A stretch of DNA of 64,000 nucleotides from an uncultured Bacilli bacterium (lineage in GTDB: Bacteria; Bacillota_I; Bacilli_A; RF39; UBA660): positions 14,088-78,087 of the forward strand of contig CAKOSN010000002.1 of NCBI GenBank assembly GCA_934102255.1, in the 5' to 3' direction. The notes below the pieces were generated by a model. It had not been told where the DNA came from. It worked only from the letters and a program-made list of their open reading frames with translations, and ran no database searches. How positions within the stretch are numbered: the first letter of the stretch is position 1; each line of letters opens with the position of its first letter. The position numbers and the translations under genes are program-made. This document shows, one piece after another, positions 36,232-45,439 of the stretch.

Positions 36232-38301
36232 TTATCTAGTTAGCTTTCTTTTTAACTCAGATTCTTGATAACAGATAAGAAACTCATTATTGAAAGTAGC
36301 ATTTGTTATATCAACGCCAGTAAAGTCATATGAGGTAAATGTTACATCACTGTAATTACCATTAGACATATCTTTATTATAGACAGTCTGCGGATTTATA
36401 AAAGCATTGGTGCCAGTAAAATCTAAGTTACTTACGTCAAAACCAGTAAAATCAAAGGTTAATAAATCAAACAACGCTAAGTAATTAACATATTCTTTAG
36501 ATATATATTTTACACCATTTTCTTCATAATGAAAGTTAGCTGGAGTTTCTAGGGTATGACTAGGTATGGCATTCATTTTAAATGTTAGTTCTCGTTTTTG
36601 ATTTTCTAATTCATCAATTTGCTTTTGGCATTCGGCTATTTTCTGCATATATTGCTGATATTCATTAATTTTTTTATTGATGTTTTCAGTAGTGGTAGTC
36701 TTATTTCTAGTAATAAGTTTTTGATATTTGCCGAGATATTCTTCTTTACTAAGTAAGGTACAGCCCTTTTTTAAGATTCTGTTTTCTAAGTTAAAATCAT
36801 CTAGACATATTATTTGGTCCGCAACGTAATAAGTTTTATTATCCCAAGTAAAATAGTCATCATAAAATTCGATTATGGCAGTTCTACTAGCAAACCAGTG
36901 ATAACTATTATCTCTTTTATCAAATAAGTAATAACCTTCTTGCCAGTAGAAATTTTTAGGAATAGAGAAAAACACGAAATTTTCATATTGTCTTAAGGGT
37001 TCGTAATCAGTTTTTACTAGCTTTTTAGTCTTATAATCTACGTAGTAGTAGGCTGGCTTTCTAAAAGGATTGTTCTTAGATGGTAAAACTTTTAAATATT
37101 TAGAATAGTCATAACTCCATAAGCTTTCTGTAAACGCATTTTCACTAACTAAACCATAATAATTTTGGCTTTCACTATGAAGACTTATGTAAGAATCGTT
37201 ATTTTTCAAGTTAGTATAGGGACTAACATATTCGCAAACCTCACCGTTAGTATTTATTTCTTTACCGTCACCAACAGCCCAACCATAACTAAATGGTGTA
37301 GCTTTGGCAAACTGGGGTTTAATTACTTCATTGCCAAATTCATCTAAGTAGCCATATAGACCATGTTCATCTTTAACTAGAAGACGACCACAGCGATAAT
37401 TTTTAATAATTTTATATTTTTTATTATTAATATAGCCGATTTTATCATATTTTTTAAGTTTTAAAGTCAGGCGACCACTAGCTATAAGATTGGCTAATGT
37501 ATAATCAATAGGGATTACATCTTCTTTATCGACACATTTGTATTCAACAATTTTAACGCCATTTGTATCATAATAAGTAAGATTATCAGTATAAATTAAG
37601 CATCTTTCCTTATTAAATTGAGCATTAAATCCTAGCGGGTCATAACAAACAATACGATTTTCTAAGGGGCTTGTTCCCATACGTATTACTACTATGGCTG
37701 ATTCTTGAAACTTAGTTATGGCTGTAATTACTAAAAAGTTAGCATTATAATAAAGGCTTTTTAACTTATTATTACTTTTTAATTCATGTTTAAAACTCTT
37801 AGGGATATTAAATTTTTGTAAAATCATATCGACTGCGTCTTTATCTTTAATACTAACTTCGTTGATTTTATTTTTTATTTCATAGGATTTAATTTTTATG
37901 CCCCCAACTTTATCTTTTAAAACAACCTTGTCATCTTCTATCGTTAGATAAGGAAAATAAATATCTATTTTTTCAGGGTCATTTGTAAATACTGATATAA
38001 CTTTACCATGAATATCATATACTTTAAAAGTTCGGGGATTATCGCTAGATTTTGTCAGTAAGTAATCATCAACACAAGATAAAAAGATTTCATTAGAAAT
38101 AGTATTATTTATGGGTTTACCAAACATATCATAAATGTCATACATACATCTTATAATATAATTTAAAAAATAATGAGAAACACTATCTAAGGTAAGGTGG
38201 TCGGGCATTATTTCTTGAGTTTTAACATTGTAAAAATAAGTTTCATCACCACGATAAAACACGCTTTCTAAATATTTTTTATATAATTCATCATCTTCCA
38301 T
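36232..38301 (-). CDS. Paralog B (689 aa): WG-repeat body, coiled coil, pentapeptide-repeat C-terminus
   Basis: The N-terminus MEDDELYKKYLESVF is identical to paralog C. It also has LYGYLDEFGNEVIKPQF and FDFTGFDVSNLDFTGTNAFINPQTVYNKDMSNGNYSDVTF. Confidence 0.6.
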   Translation of the reverse strand: MEDDELYKKYLESVFYRGDETYFYNVKTQEIMPDHLTLDSVSHYFLNYIIRCMYDIYDMFGKPINNTISNEIFLSCVDDYLLTKSSDNPRTFKVYDIHGKVISVFTNDPEKIDIYFPYLTIEDDKVVLKDKVGGIKIKSYEIKNKINEVSIKDKDAVDMILQKFNIPKSFKHELKSNNKLKSLYYNANFLVITAITKFQESAIVVIRMGTSPLENRIVCYDPLGFNAQFNKERCLIYTDNLTYYDTNGVKIVEYKCVDKEDVIPIDYTLANLIASGRLTLKLKKYDKIGYINNKKYKIIKNYRCGRLLVKDEHGLYGYLDEFGNEVIKPQFAKATPFSYGWAVGDGKEINTNGEVCEYVSPYTNLKNNDSYISLHSESQNYYGLVSENAFTESLWSYDYSKYLKVLPSKNNPFRKPAYYYVDYKTKKLVKTDYEPLRQYENFVFFSIPKNFYWQEGYYLFDKRDNSYHWFASRTAIIEFYDDYFTWDNKTYYVADQIICLDDFNLENRILKKGCTLLSKEEYLGKYQKLITRNKTTTTENINKKINEYQQYMQKIAECQKQIDELENQKRELTFKMNAIPSHTLETPANFHYEENGVKYISKEYVNYLALFDLLTFDFTGFDVSNLDFTGTNAFINPQTVYNKDMSNGNYSDVTFTSYDFTGVDITNATFNNEFLICYQESELKRKLTR

Positions 38302-38338
38302 ATAAAACTCCTAATGAATGTCTATTATACACCAAATA
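38302..38338 (-). promoter_or_regulatory. Duplicated leader/promoter copy 1 (TATAAT plus AGGAG) upstream of paralog B
   Basis: 33 of 37 nt are identical to 40521-40557. On the minus strand TATAAT is at 38329-38324 and AGGAG at 38312-38308. Confidence 0.45.
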
Positions 38339-38414
38339 TTTCTAAAATTAATCCTTTACTTAAAATAAGTTTCAAAAAAATGATAGAAAAACTTAAAAAA
38401 AGTGCTTTTCTTTC

Positions 38415-40520
38415 TTACTTTGTTAGCTTTCTTCCAAGGATTTTCTTTTGATAGCCAACAATAAAATCATTATTAAAAACGGCACCACTTATATCGACAT
38501 TAGAAAAATCATAAGTCAAAAAAGTAACATCACTGTAATTTCCATTACTCATATCTTTGTCATAAACAGTTTGCGGGTTAATGGCAGCGTTAGTACCAGA
38601 AAAATCAAGATTACTAACATCATATCCCGTAAAGTCATAAAATATTAAATCATATTTTTCTAGAGAATAGATATATTTACTATTAACTCTTTTAATGCCA
38701 TTTTTTTCCACTTCAAAGTCATCAGGAACACTAATTCTAATTTTTTCCTCACGACTCATATTAGCAAGTATGCTTTCCCTTTCTTCTCGTAAAGCTGCCA
38801 TTTCTTGTTCTATTTCTTGAAGTCTAGCCTTCCTTTTTTGATCTTCTTGCATTGCTAATTGCTTTTTTAATTCATCTTTTTTTGCCTGTGCTTCTTTTTT
38901 GTCTTCTGTGTGCCTTTTAGAAGATAAATATTCATCTTTTGTCAGTAACGTACTATCATCTTTCTTTACTCGACAAGCTAGTGAGAAATCTCCTAAATCA
39001 ACTATCCTATCTGTAACATAGTAAGTATGACCATTTAAAAGGAAATAATCATCATAAAATTTTAAGAAATCTGCATTATTTGTAAGCCAAGTATAACTCT
39101 TATCTTTCTTATCAAATAAATAATAACCTTCTTGCCAGTAAAAATTTTTATGGATATGAAAAATCATAAAATTGAGATATTGTCTTACGGGTTGATAGGT
39201 AGTCTTTATCATTTCTTTAGTTTTATAATCAGCATAATAATACTTTTTCTTTCTTTTTCTAATTTCTTTTTTAGGACTTACGGTTTCAAAATAGCATGAG
39301 AAGTCTTTATTAGAAAAACCCAAGATATATCTATTTGTACTATATTCACCTCTATAAAAGGCAAGAGCGCCATTATTATTCTTAATTGTCTCATATAGTT
39401 CATGCTCAATATAATTGCCATTAACATCAATCGTTCCACCATAAACACTGGCAGTTCCACCGTAAAATTCACCAGCTGATGTAAATTGGGGTTTAATTAC
39501 TTCATTACCATCATAATCTAAATAACCATAAAGTCCTTTTTCATCCCTAACAAGTGCTCTTCCACAAGTGAATCTTCCATATAGTTCATATCTTTTACCA
39601 TTTATAAAGCCTAATAATTTATTTTCTTCTAACTTCAATTTTAATTTACCACTAACAAATAAATTATAAATATTTTCATCTACGCATTTTGCTTCTTTAA
39701 TCTTTATCGAAATAAATTCACTTATTTTCTTACCATTATTATCATAATAAGTTAATTTATCATTATCACTTAATTTATCTCTAACTAAACATTTTTCTTT
39801 ATTAAATTGTACTTGAAGTCCTTTTGGGTTATAACCTAGTATTTTAATAGTATTTTGCTTTTCCATACGACAGGCAGCAAGAATTGGTAACTCATATCCA
39901 TCAAGAAATCTAGCTCTTATTTCTAAAAAAGAATTATTATATCTTATCTCATGTAATATATTTTTACTTTTCAATTTTTCAATTAAATGCTCTGATATAT
40001 TTAATTCTTTTAAAATCTCACTTACTCTTTTACTACTATTGTTTTCTAATTTAATAACTTTTTTATTATCTTTAATCGGTATCTCATGGACAATATTATT
40101 GCCATCATCTTTTAAAATAAGCTTTTCACCATCTTTTTCTAGTTGCATTGGTGGCCAGTTATAACTTTTTGGTTCTGAGGTACAACTGAATACTAATTCA
40201 TCATTATAATCATATAAATAATAATTATTATCTCCTAATGCCCGACGCAACACATAATAGCCATTCAAAGCACAAACTATTTCAAAGTTTGTTGGATATT
40301 TCAAATAAGTAGGATTGCCTTCAATATCATACACATATGATTTATAGCCACTTAGCCGATTCATTCTAACAAAAACATGGTATAAATCATAATAAGTAAA
40401 ATAATTTAGTACTTCGTTATCGGGCAAGATTAGATTTAATTCTGGAACATAATAAAAACTTTCTTTATGTGGGACAAACACACTTTCTAAATATTTTTTG
40501 TATAATTCATCATCTTCCAT
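38415..40520 (-). CDS. Paralog C (701 aa): WG-repeat body, long Lys/Glu coiled coil, pentapeptide-repeat C-terminus
   Basis: MEDDELYKKYLESVF, LYGYLDYDGNEVIKPQF, and YDFTGYDVSNLDFSGTNAAINPQTVYDKDMSNGNYSDVTF. Confidence 0.6.
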   Translation of the reverse strand: MEDDELYKKYLESVFVPHKESFYYVPELNLILPDNEVLNYFTYYDLYHVFVRMNRLSGYKSYVYDIEGNPTYLKYPTNFEIVCALNGYYVLRRALGDNNYYLYDYNDELVFSCTSEPKSYNWPPMQLEKDGEKLILKDDGNNIVHEIPIKDNKKVIKLENNSSKRVSEILKELNISEHLIEKLKSKNILHEIRYNNSFLEIRARFLDGYELPILAACRMEKQNTIKILGYNPKGLQVQFNKEKCLVRDKLSDNDKLTYYDNNGKKISEFISIKIKEAKCVDENIYNLFVSGKLKLKLEENKLLGFINGKRYELYGRFTCGRALVRDEKGLYGYLDYDGNEVIKPQFTSAGEFYGGTASVYGGTIDVNGNYIEHELYETIKNNNGALAFYRGEYSTNRYILGFSNKDFSCYFETVSPKKEIRKRKKKYYYADYKTKEMIKTTYQPVRQYLNFMIFHIHKNFYWQEGYYLFDKKDKSYTWLTNNADFLKFYDDYFLLNGHTYYVTDRIVDLGDFSLACRVKKDDSTLLTKDEYLSSKRHTEDKKEAQAKKDELKKQLAMQEDQKRKARLQEIEQEMAALREERESILANMSREEKIRISVPDDFEVEKNGIKRVNSKYIYSLEKYDLIFYDFTGYDVSNLDFSGTNAAINPQTVYDKDMSNGNYSDVTFLTYDFSNVDISGAVFNNDFIVGYQKKILGRKLTK

Positions 40521-40557
40521 ATAAAACTCCTAATGAGTATCTATTATACATTAAATA
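40521..40557 (-). promoter_or_regulatory. Duplicated leader/promoter copy 2 upstream of paralog C
   Basis: Same TATAAT (40548-40543) plus AGGAG arrangement as 38302-38338. Confidence 0.45.
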
Positions 40558-40588
40558 TAGAAAAATTAATAAAAATTTTAGCAAAAGA

Positions 40589-40627
40589 AAAAGATATAGC
40601 TAGAATATCAAAGCAACTATATCTTTT
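40589..40627 (-). terminator. Hairpin spanning the rseP stop codon, followed by a U-rich run
   Basis: AAAAGATATAG (40589-40599) pairs with CTATATCTTTT (40617-40627) around a 17-nt loop. On the minus strand it is followed by UCUUUUGC. Confidence 0.4.
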
Positions 40628-41655
40628 ATAGTAATTATTATCATTAATAACATTAGAAGGATGAAACCAATCGTATGGAACCAGCCCTCAATATTAGCAT
40701 CTACTCTCTTACCTCTAATCTTTTCGATGATTACGAATAAGATATGACCACCGTCAAAGGCTGGGAATGGTAAGAAGTTCATAAATCCTAAGTTAATAGA
40801 AATGTAGGCTGTTAAGTATAAAATTTGCGCTAAACCTAAGGCTAGAGATTGATTAACAATATTATACATACCAACTGGTCCGGATAAAGAGTTCATTGAT
40901 AAACGGCCGGTAACCAAACCATAAATAATGGTAAACATTGATTGATAAATACTTTCAAATTTACTAGCAGCATAGGAGATTGCTTTACCAACGCCATGAT
41001 AAGTTTCTTGGTAAATGGTAACACCAAATACACGAGTTTTATTACCTTTTTCATCAGTTGTTTCTTTTGGCGTAACTTTTAATGTTTCAGTTGTATTATC
41101 TTCATGTCTTACTTCAATACTATAATATTCTTTTTTATTATCTAAAGTTAATAAGACTTGTGCACGGTCCCAAGTTTTAGTCTTTTTACCGTCAATACTT
41201 AAAATAGTATCGCCATTACGGCCACCAGCTTCGCTGAATGCTGAGCCTTCTTGAACAGTGTTAATTTTTGGAGTTGTACTAGTTGAACCATAAATGGCAC
41301 CGATTAAGAATAATAAAACGAAAGCGGTAATAAAATTCATAATGACACCAGCACTTAAAATTAAAATACGTTGCCACCAAGGTTTGTTACACATTAACTT
41401 TTCTTTTGGAATCTTATCATCATCTTCCATAACCTCACCGGCTAGTTGAACATAGCCACCGATTGGTAAGGCTCTAATTGAATACTGAATGCCACTTTTT
41501 TTAGAAATATGTTTTAAAAGAAGTGGTCCCATTCCAACGGAAAACTCATAAACATGAACACCACATAATCTAGCAACAATAAAATGCCCAAATTCGTGGA
41601 GTAAAACCAAAACACCCAACATTAAAATTAATACAATAATACTAATCAACCACAT
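40600..41655 (-). CDS. rseP: RIP metalloprotease RseP/RasP (site-2 protease)
   Basis: HEFGHF zinc motif in TM1, an internal PDZ domain, and the C-terminal LNLxPxPxxDGG-type motif (FMNFLPFPAFDGGH). Confidence 0.9.
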   Translation of the reverse strand: MWLISIIVLILMLGVLVLLHEFGHFIVARLCGVHVYEFSVGMGPLLLKHISKKSGIQYSIRALPIGGYVQLAGEVMEDDDKIPKEKLMCNKPWWQRILILSAGVIMNFITAFVLLFLIGAIYGSTSTTPKINTVQEGSAFSEAGGRNGDTILSIDGKKTKTWDRAQVLLTLDNKKEYYSIEVRHEDNTTETLKVTPKETTDEKGNKTRVFGVTIYQETYHGVGKAISYAASKFESIYQSMFTIIYGLVTGRLSMNSLSGPVGMYNIVNQSLALGLAQILYLTAYISINLGFMNFLPFPAFDGGHILFVIIEKIRGKRVDANIEGWFHTIGFILLMLLMIIITIKDIVALIF

Positions 41656-41674
41656 ATTATACTCTCTTTTCTAT

Positions 41675-42460
41675 TTATAATATTGTACATAACAATGTAT
41701 ATAATAAAACACCAAAAACTAAACTATCAATTCTATCTAGTATACCCCCATGGCCTTTAATAAGATTAGAATAATCTTTTATTTTATTTTCTCTTTTTAT
41801 CTTGCTAAAGAATAAATCGCCTATTTGACCAAAGACACTTATAAGTATGCTCATAATAATAATTCTTAATACACTAGTATTACCTATTAAGCTTAAGTAA
41901 TAAAATGTTCCAATTATACTAGCACATATAACGCCACCTAATGAACCTTCGATAGTTTTATTAGGACTAATACTAGATAATTTATGAGTACCAATGTAAC
42001 TACCAATAAATAAGGCAAAGACATCAGTTGAACAAATCACAATAATTACATATAGTAATATCCATTTATTAATACTATCTAACATAACCATAGAATTTAG
42101 AGCCATACCTAGTAAAAATAATAAAGTAAACATAAAAAGTGATGTTTCTGTATCATATTTTTTAGAAAATATTGTAGGAATTACCATAGCAAATAAAAGA
42201 AAGGCAATCGTTTGATAAGATACTCCTAAGTATAAGGCATAACCGTCGTTTACTATATAGATTAAAGCCATAAAACTGATAAGTCCTAAAATAATAATTG
42301 GTAAATTTAATTTATCCTTCACTTTAGGTAAAGTAATTATTTCTTTATAAGCTAGAATAGCAACTGCCCCAATTAAAATTTTAAAAGCAACTGGTCCTAA
42401 GAAGAAACCTAAGGCAAAAATAAGAGCTATAATTGTGCCACTAATGATGCGGTCCTTCAC
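41675..42460 (-). CDS. cdsA: Phosphatidate cytidylyltransferase
   Basis: Polytopic membrane protein with the C-terminal signature FSKIKRENKIKDYSNLIKGHGGILDRIDS. Confidence 0.9.
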   Translation of the reverse strand: MKDRIISGTIIALIFALGFFLGPVAFKILIGAVAILAYKEIITLPKVKDKLNLPIIILGLISFMALIYIVNDGYALYLGVSYQTIAFLLFAMVIPTIFSKKYDTETSLFMFTLLFLLGMALNSMVMLDSINKWILLYVIIVICSTDVFALFIGSYIGTHKLSSISPNKTIEGSLGGVICASIIGTFYYLSLIGNTSVLRIIIMSILISVFGQIGDLFFSKIKRENKIKDYSNLIKGHGGILDRIDSLVFGVLLYTLLCTIL

Positions 42461-43167
42461 TACTTACCACCTCCAAAACGTCTTTCTCTACCATTATATG
42501 CATCAATGGCCTTATCAAATTCTTTTTTATCAAAATCGGGCCAATAGCAATCAGGGAAATACATTTCAGCATAAGCAATTTGCCATAAGAGAAAATTACT
42601 AACGCGAACATCGCCACCAGTTCTAATCATTAAATCAACAGGTGGTAAATCTTGATATAAATACTTTTCGAAAATTTGTGTTGTTAAATCTTTGCTGGTT
42701 AATTTGCCACTTTCAATATCGGCAACAATTTTTTTAGTAGCATCAACAATTTCAGTTTGACCACCATAGTTTAGACAAATATTTAAAACGCCACCGGTAC
42801 ATTTGCTTGTTTCATCTCTTAAATAGTCCATGGCATTTAATACTTCTTCTTTTAAAGGACTTCTTCTGCCACTAAAAATCACCTTAATATTATTTTCTTT
42901 TAATTCTTTACAAGAATCTTTAAACTCACTAATAAAAAGATTCATTAGATAATCAACTTCACTAGCTTCTCGTTTAAAGTTTTCTGTTGAAAAACAATAG
43001 ACTGATAAGTACTTTACTCCTTTTTTTAAAATATAATCAGCCATTTTTTTTATATTACTAAAACCACGCCTATGACCTTCTAATTTAGGTAGGAGATGTT
43101 TTTTGGCCCATCTTCTATTACCGTCTAAGATTATCGCCACATGCGTAGGTATTTTTACTTCTTCCAT
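42460..43167 (-). CDS. uppS: Undecaprenyl diphosphate synthase
   Basis: HVAIILDGNRRWA, TENFKR, IRTGGDVRVSNFLLWQ. Confidence 0.95.
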   Translation of the reverse strand: MEEVKIPTHVAIILDGNRRWAKKHLLPKLEGHRRGFSNIKKMADYILKKGVKYLSVYCFSTENFKREASEVDYLMNLFISEFKDSCKELKENNIKVIFSGRRSPLKEEVLNAMDYLRDETSKCTGGVLNICLNYGGQTEIVDATKKIVADIESGKLTSKDLTTQIFEKYLYQDLPPVDLMIRTGGDVRVSNFLLWQIAYAEMYFPDCYWPDFDKKEFDKAIDAYNGRERRFGGGK

Positions 43168-43233
43168 TTTTCCTCCTAATATTAATTATATACTGCTTAA
43201 AAGAGATAGTCAAAACATATATGCCATATTTTT

Positions 43234-44115
43234 TTATTTTCGCATATTTGCACCCAGCATTTCCATATCAATAGTTAACTGTTTTATACGTTCTATTATA
43301 CGGTTAGCTTTTACTTTGTCTACTCCTTTATTAGATAAGTGTTCTTCTAATTCTTTAATTGTAAAGTTTGATGTAAAGAAGGTTGTTTTATGCTCATTCA
43401 TACGTGATTGTAAGATTGTCCCAAGGATTTCATCACGTCCCCAATCGGTTACTTTTTCAGCACCAATATCATCGATTAATAGAATATCAACGTTACATAG
43501 TTCATCCATGATAACGTTCATTGCCTCAAAGTCGCCTTTAATAGTTCTAAGTAAATCAGGTAAATAAATAATCTTTGTCTTAAAGCCACGCTTTTTCATT
43601 TCATTAAAACAAGCACTTAAAATATAAGTTTTACCACAACCAAAATTACCATGTAAATATAAGCCCTTAATATTCTTACCAAAGTCATATTCTTTAATGA
43701 AATTAGTTACCCATTTAATTAATTTATAACGATTTTTATCACTGGTATCAATAGTTTTTAGTGACGATGTTTCTAGTTCTTTTGAGGCAGTAGTACTTTC
43801 TTTAATTTTCTTAAATTCTTGAGATTTAAAGTAGCAAGCCTCAGTTGAAAACATTAAATGATTATTATATTTTTGGGGATAATTAGTATATCCTCTTATT
43901 TTATTTTTACATTCATATAAGCCATGACAGTTCTTACAGTTATTTTCTTCTTGTAAGTATTCTTCTAATTTAGAAGTATAATTCATGGCTTCTTTTGCCG
44001 TTAAACCAAGGTTTGCTACTAACTTTTGAAATTCTGGGTTGCGGCAGGCTCTAATATAATTATCTTTAAGACTATTTTCAATTAATTTAGTCTTTGTTAA
44101 TAGTGCCATAGTCAA
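43234..44115 (-). CDS. dnaI: Primosomal helicase loader DnaI
   Basis: N-terminal zinc-binding region (CKNCHGLYECKN) and an AAA+ core (GLYLHGNFGCGKTYIL, LLIDDIGAE). It overlaps the end of the dnaB-like gene. Confidence 0.85.
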   Translation of the reverse strand: MTMALLTKTKLIENSLKDNYIRACRNPEFQKLVANLGLTAKEAMNYTSKLEEYLQEENNCKNCHGLYECKNKIRGYTNYPQKYNNHLMFSTEACYFKSQEFKKIKESTTASKELETSSLKTIDTSDKNRYKLIKWVTNFIKEYDFGKNIKGLYLHGNFGCGKTYILSACFNEMKKRGFKTKIIYLPDLLRTIKGDFEAMNVIMDELCNVDILLIDDIGAEKVTDWGRDEILGTILQSRMNEHKTTFFTSNFTIKELEEHLSNKGVDKVKANRIIERIKQLTIDMEMLGANMRK

Positions 44116-45373
44116 TTCCTTTCATTAACTCTTCTAATTCTTTTTGCTCTTCTAAAGTTGCTTCATTTCTTTTAATTTCAGTCTTAAACCATACGGGTAC
44201 ATCTTCGGGAGTTTTAATTGTAGTTGGAGCTTTAGCTATTAATTTCTTTTGCTCTTTTTCCGCTAGGCTCATAGCCTCTCTAGCTGTTTTTACGCCACTT
44301 CTTACCCATTGACCGGCAATAGTTTCAACGAAATTTTTATTTAGTTTATTATCATTTTTCTTTAAGACATAATCGATTAAGACATTTACAACAGCTGGTT
44401 TTAAATTTAAATCACAACATAAAGTTTCTAATAATTTTAAATCTCTATTAGTTGGTGTTACCCCGTGATATTTATTTTTTAAAAAATCATATGGTTTCGT
44501 ATTTTCAAAGACATAAATAATTTTATCTCTTTTACTCATATTTTCTAAAGGACTAGTTTTCTCTTCTTTATAAACAAGAGTTGGTAGTTTACCATTATTA
44601 TGATAAGTATAATAATTACGAGCTAGTTTTCTTAATTCTTCGGCGACAATATAACCACGTTCGTTAATAACATTTTTAATTATTTCACTAAACTGCATCG
44701 TATCTAAATTATAGACAAAAGCTAGATTTTCAATTAATTCTTTAGTGCGTTTATTAAAGGCCTTCTCATTTAAAATATCTTTAGGAATACTTGCCATTAA
44801 CATATCAAAATCAATAACATTTTTAGCTAAAACGTTTTGCTTTACGCGTTCTGTTGCATCTACCTCAGGAAGAACTGTCGATGAGGAAAAAGTCATATTA
44901 AGACTACTAGTTATATCTTCGTATTCACTTAAAGAAATGCTTTTCTTTTCATAAGATTTTTTAATTGCATCGTATTCTTTTTTACCAATATTATTATATA
45001 AGACAACATTTAAGACAGGATGATTTAAAAATTCTCTTTGACTCATAGGACTATATAGCTCATATATATAAGAATAGATATCCCCTTTTTTGACATAAGT
45101 TTTTAAAAGTCCTAAAGACTCCAAGGCACATCTTGCCTCTTTAATACTTTTTAAGTCTAGTTTCATGATACTCATTAAATGATGATGATTATATTCTTCA
45201 CTTTTAAAACTATTATTTTTTAAATCACGCCACAATGTAAGGTAAAGACTAACGGCTAAAGGTCCCATAATTGGTTCATATAATATAATTAAATTATCTC
45301 GGTCTTCTAAGTTTAAAATAGTCTTACTAACTACTGTATAAATATCGGCCGGTAAAAGACTTACTTTATCCAT
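44087..45373 (-). CDS. dnaB: Replication initiation/membrane attachment protein DnaB (DnaD-domain family, Firmicute type)
   Basis: Its position directly upstream of dnaI, and a C-terminal DnaD/DnaB-like domain (VLIDYVL, GQWVRSGVKT). The ATG at 45373 (MDKVSLL) follows GGGTGA. The track start is a GTG inside the SD. Confidence 0.72.
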   Translation of the reverse strand: MDKVSLLPADIYTVVSKTILNLEDRDNLIILYEPIMGPLAVSLYLTLWRDLKNNSFKSEEYNHHHLMSIMKLDLKSIKEARCALESLGLLKTYVKKGDIYSYIYELYSPMSQREFLNHPVLNVVLYNNIGKKEYDAIKKSYEKKSISLSEYEDITSSLNMTFSSSTVLPEVDATERVKQNVLAKNVIDFDMLMASIPKDILNEKAFNKRTKELIENLAFVYNLDTMQFSEIIKNVINERGYIVAEELRKLARNYYTYHNNGKLPTLVYKEEKTSPLENMSKRDKIIYVFENTKPYDFLKNKYHGVTPTNRDLKLLETLCCDLNLKPAVVNVLIDYVLKKNDNKLNKNFVETIAGQWVRSGVKTAREAMSLAEKEQKKLIAKAPTTIKTPEDVPVWFKTEIKRNEATLEEQKELEELMKGIDYGTINKD

Positions 45374-45409
45374 AAAATCACCCACTAGTTAGTATTATAA
45401 TAAAGATTG

Positions 45410-45439
45410 AAAAAAAAAGAAATGTTTTTTTAACATTTC
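45410..45439 (-). terminator. Intrinsic terminator after the thioredoxin-like gene
   Basis: Minus strand: GAAAUGUU-aaaaa-AACAUUUC followed by U9. The hairpin overlaps the stop codon at 45430. Confidence 0.6.

Noticed and set aside
39278-39472. 64-aa minus-strand ORF inside paralog C
   Set aside because: It is an out-of-frame ORF fully embedded in the 701-aa gene. It has no SD and a composition-driven sequence.
43103-43567. 154-aa + strand ORF from the track. Similar + strand ORFs are 15247-15432, 19987-20172, 20242-20469, 21568-21831, 30119-30313, 31064-31255, 34867-35067, 35227-35448, 37165-37347, 38448-38648, 44745-44954, 46618-46812, 48080-48439, 56365-56553, 57238-57465, 58117-58449, 58651-58911, 60375-60623, 61161-61355 and 62982-63170.
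   Set aside because: All lie antisense within, or largely overlapping, well-supported minus-strand genes (uppS/dnaI, xfp, smc, mutS neighbours and others). They have Ser/Leu/Phe/Ile-rich low-complexity translations typical of shadow ORFs in AT-rich DNA, and they lack SD sequences.
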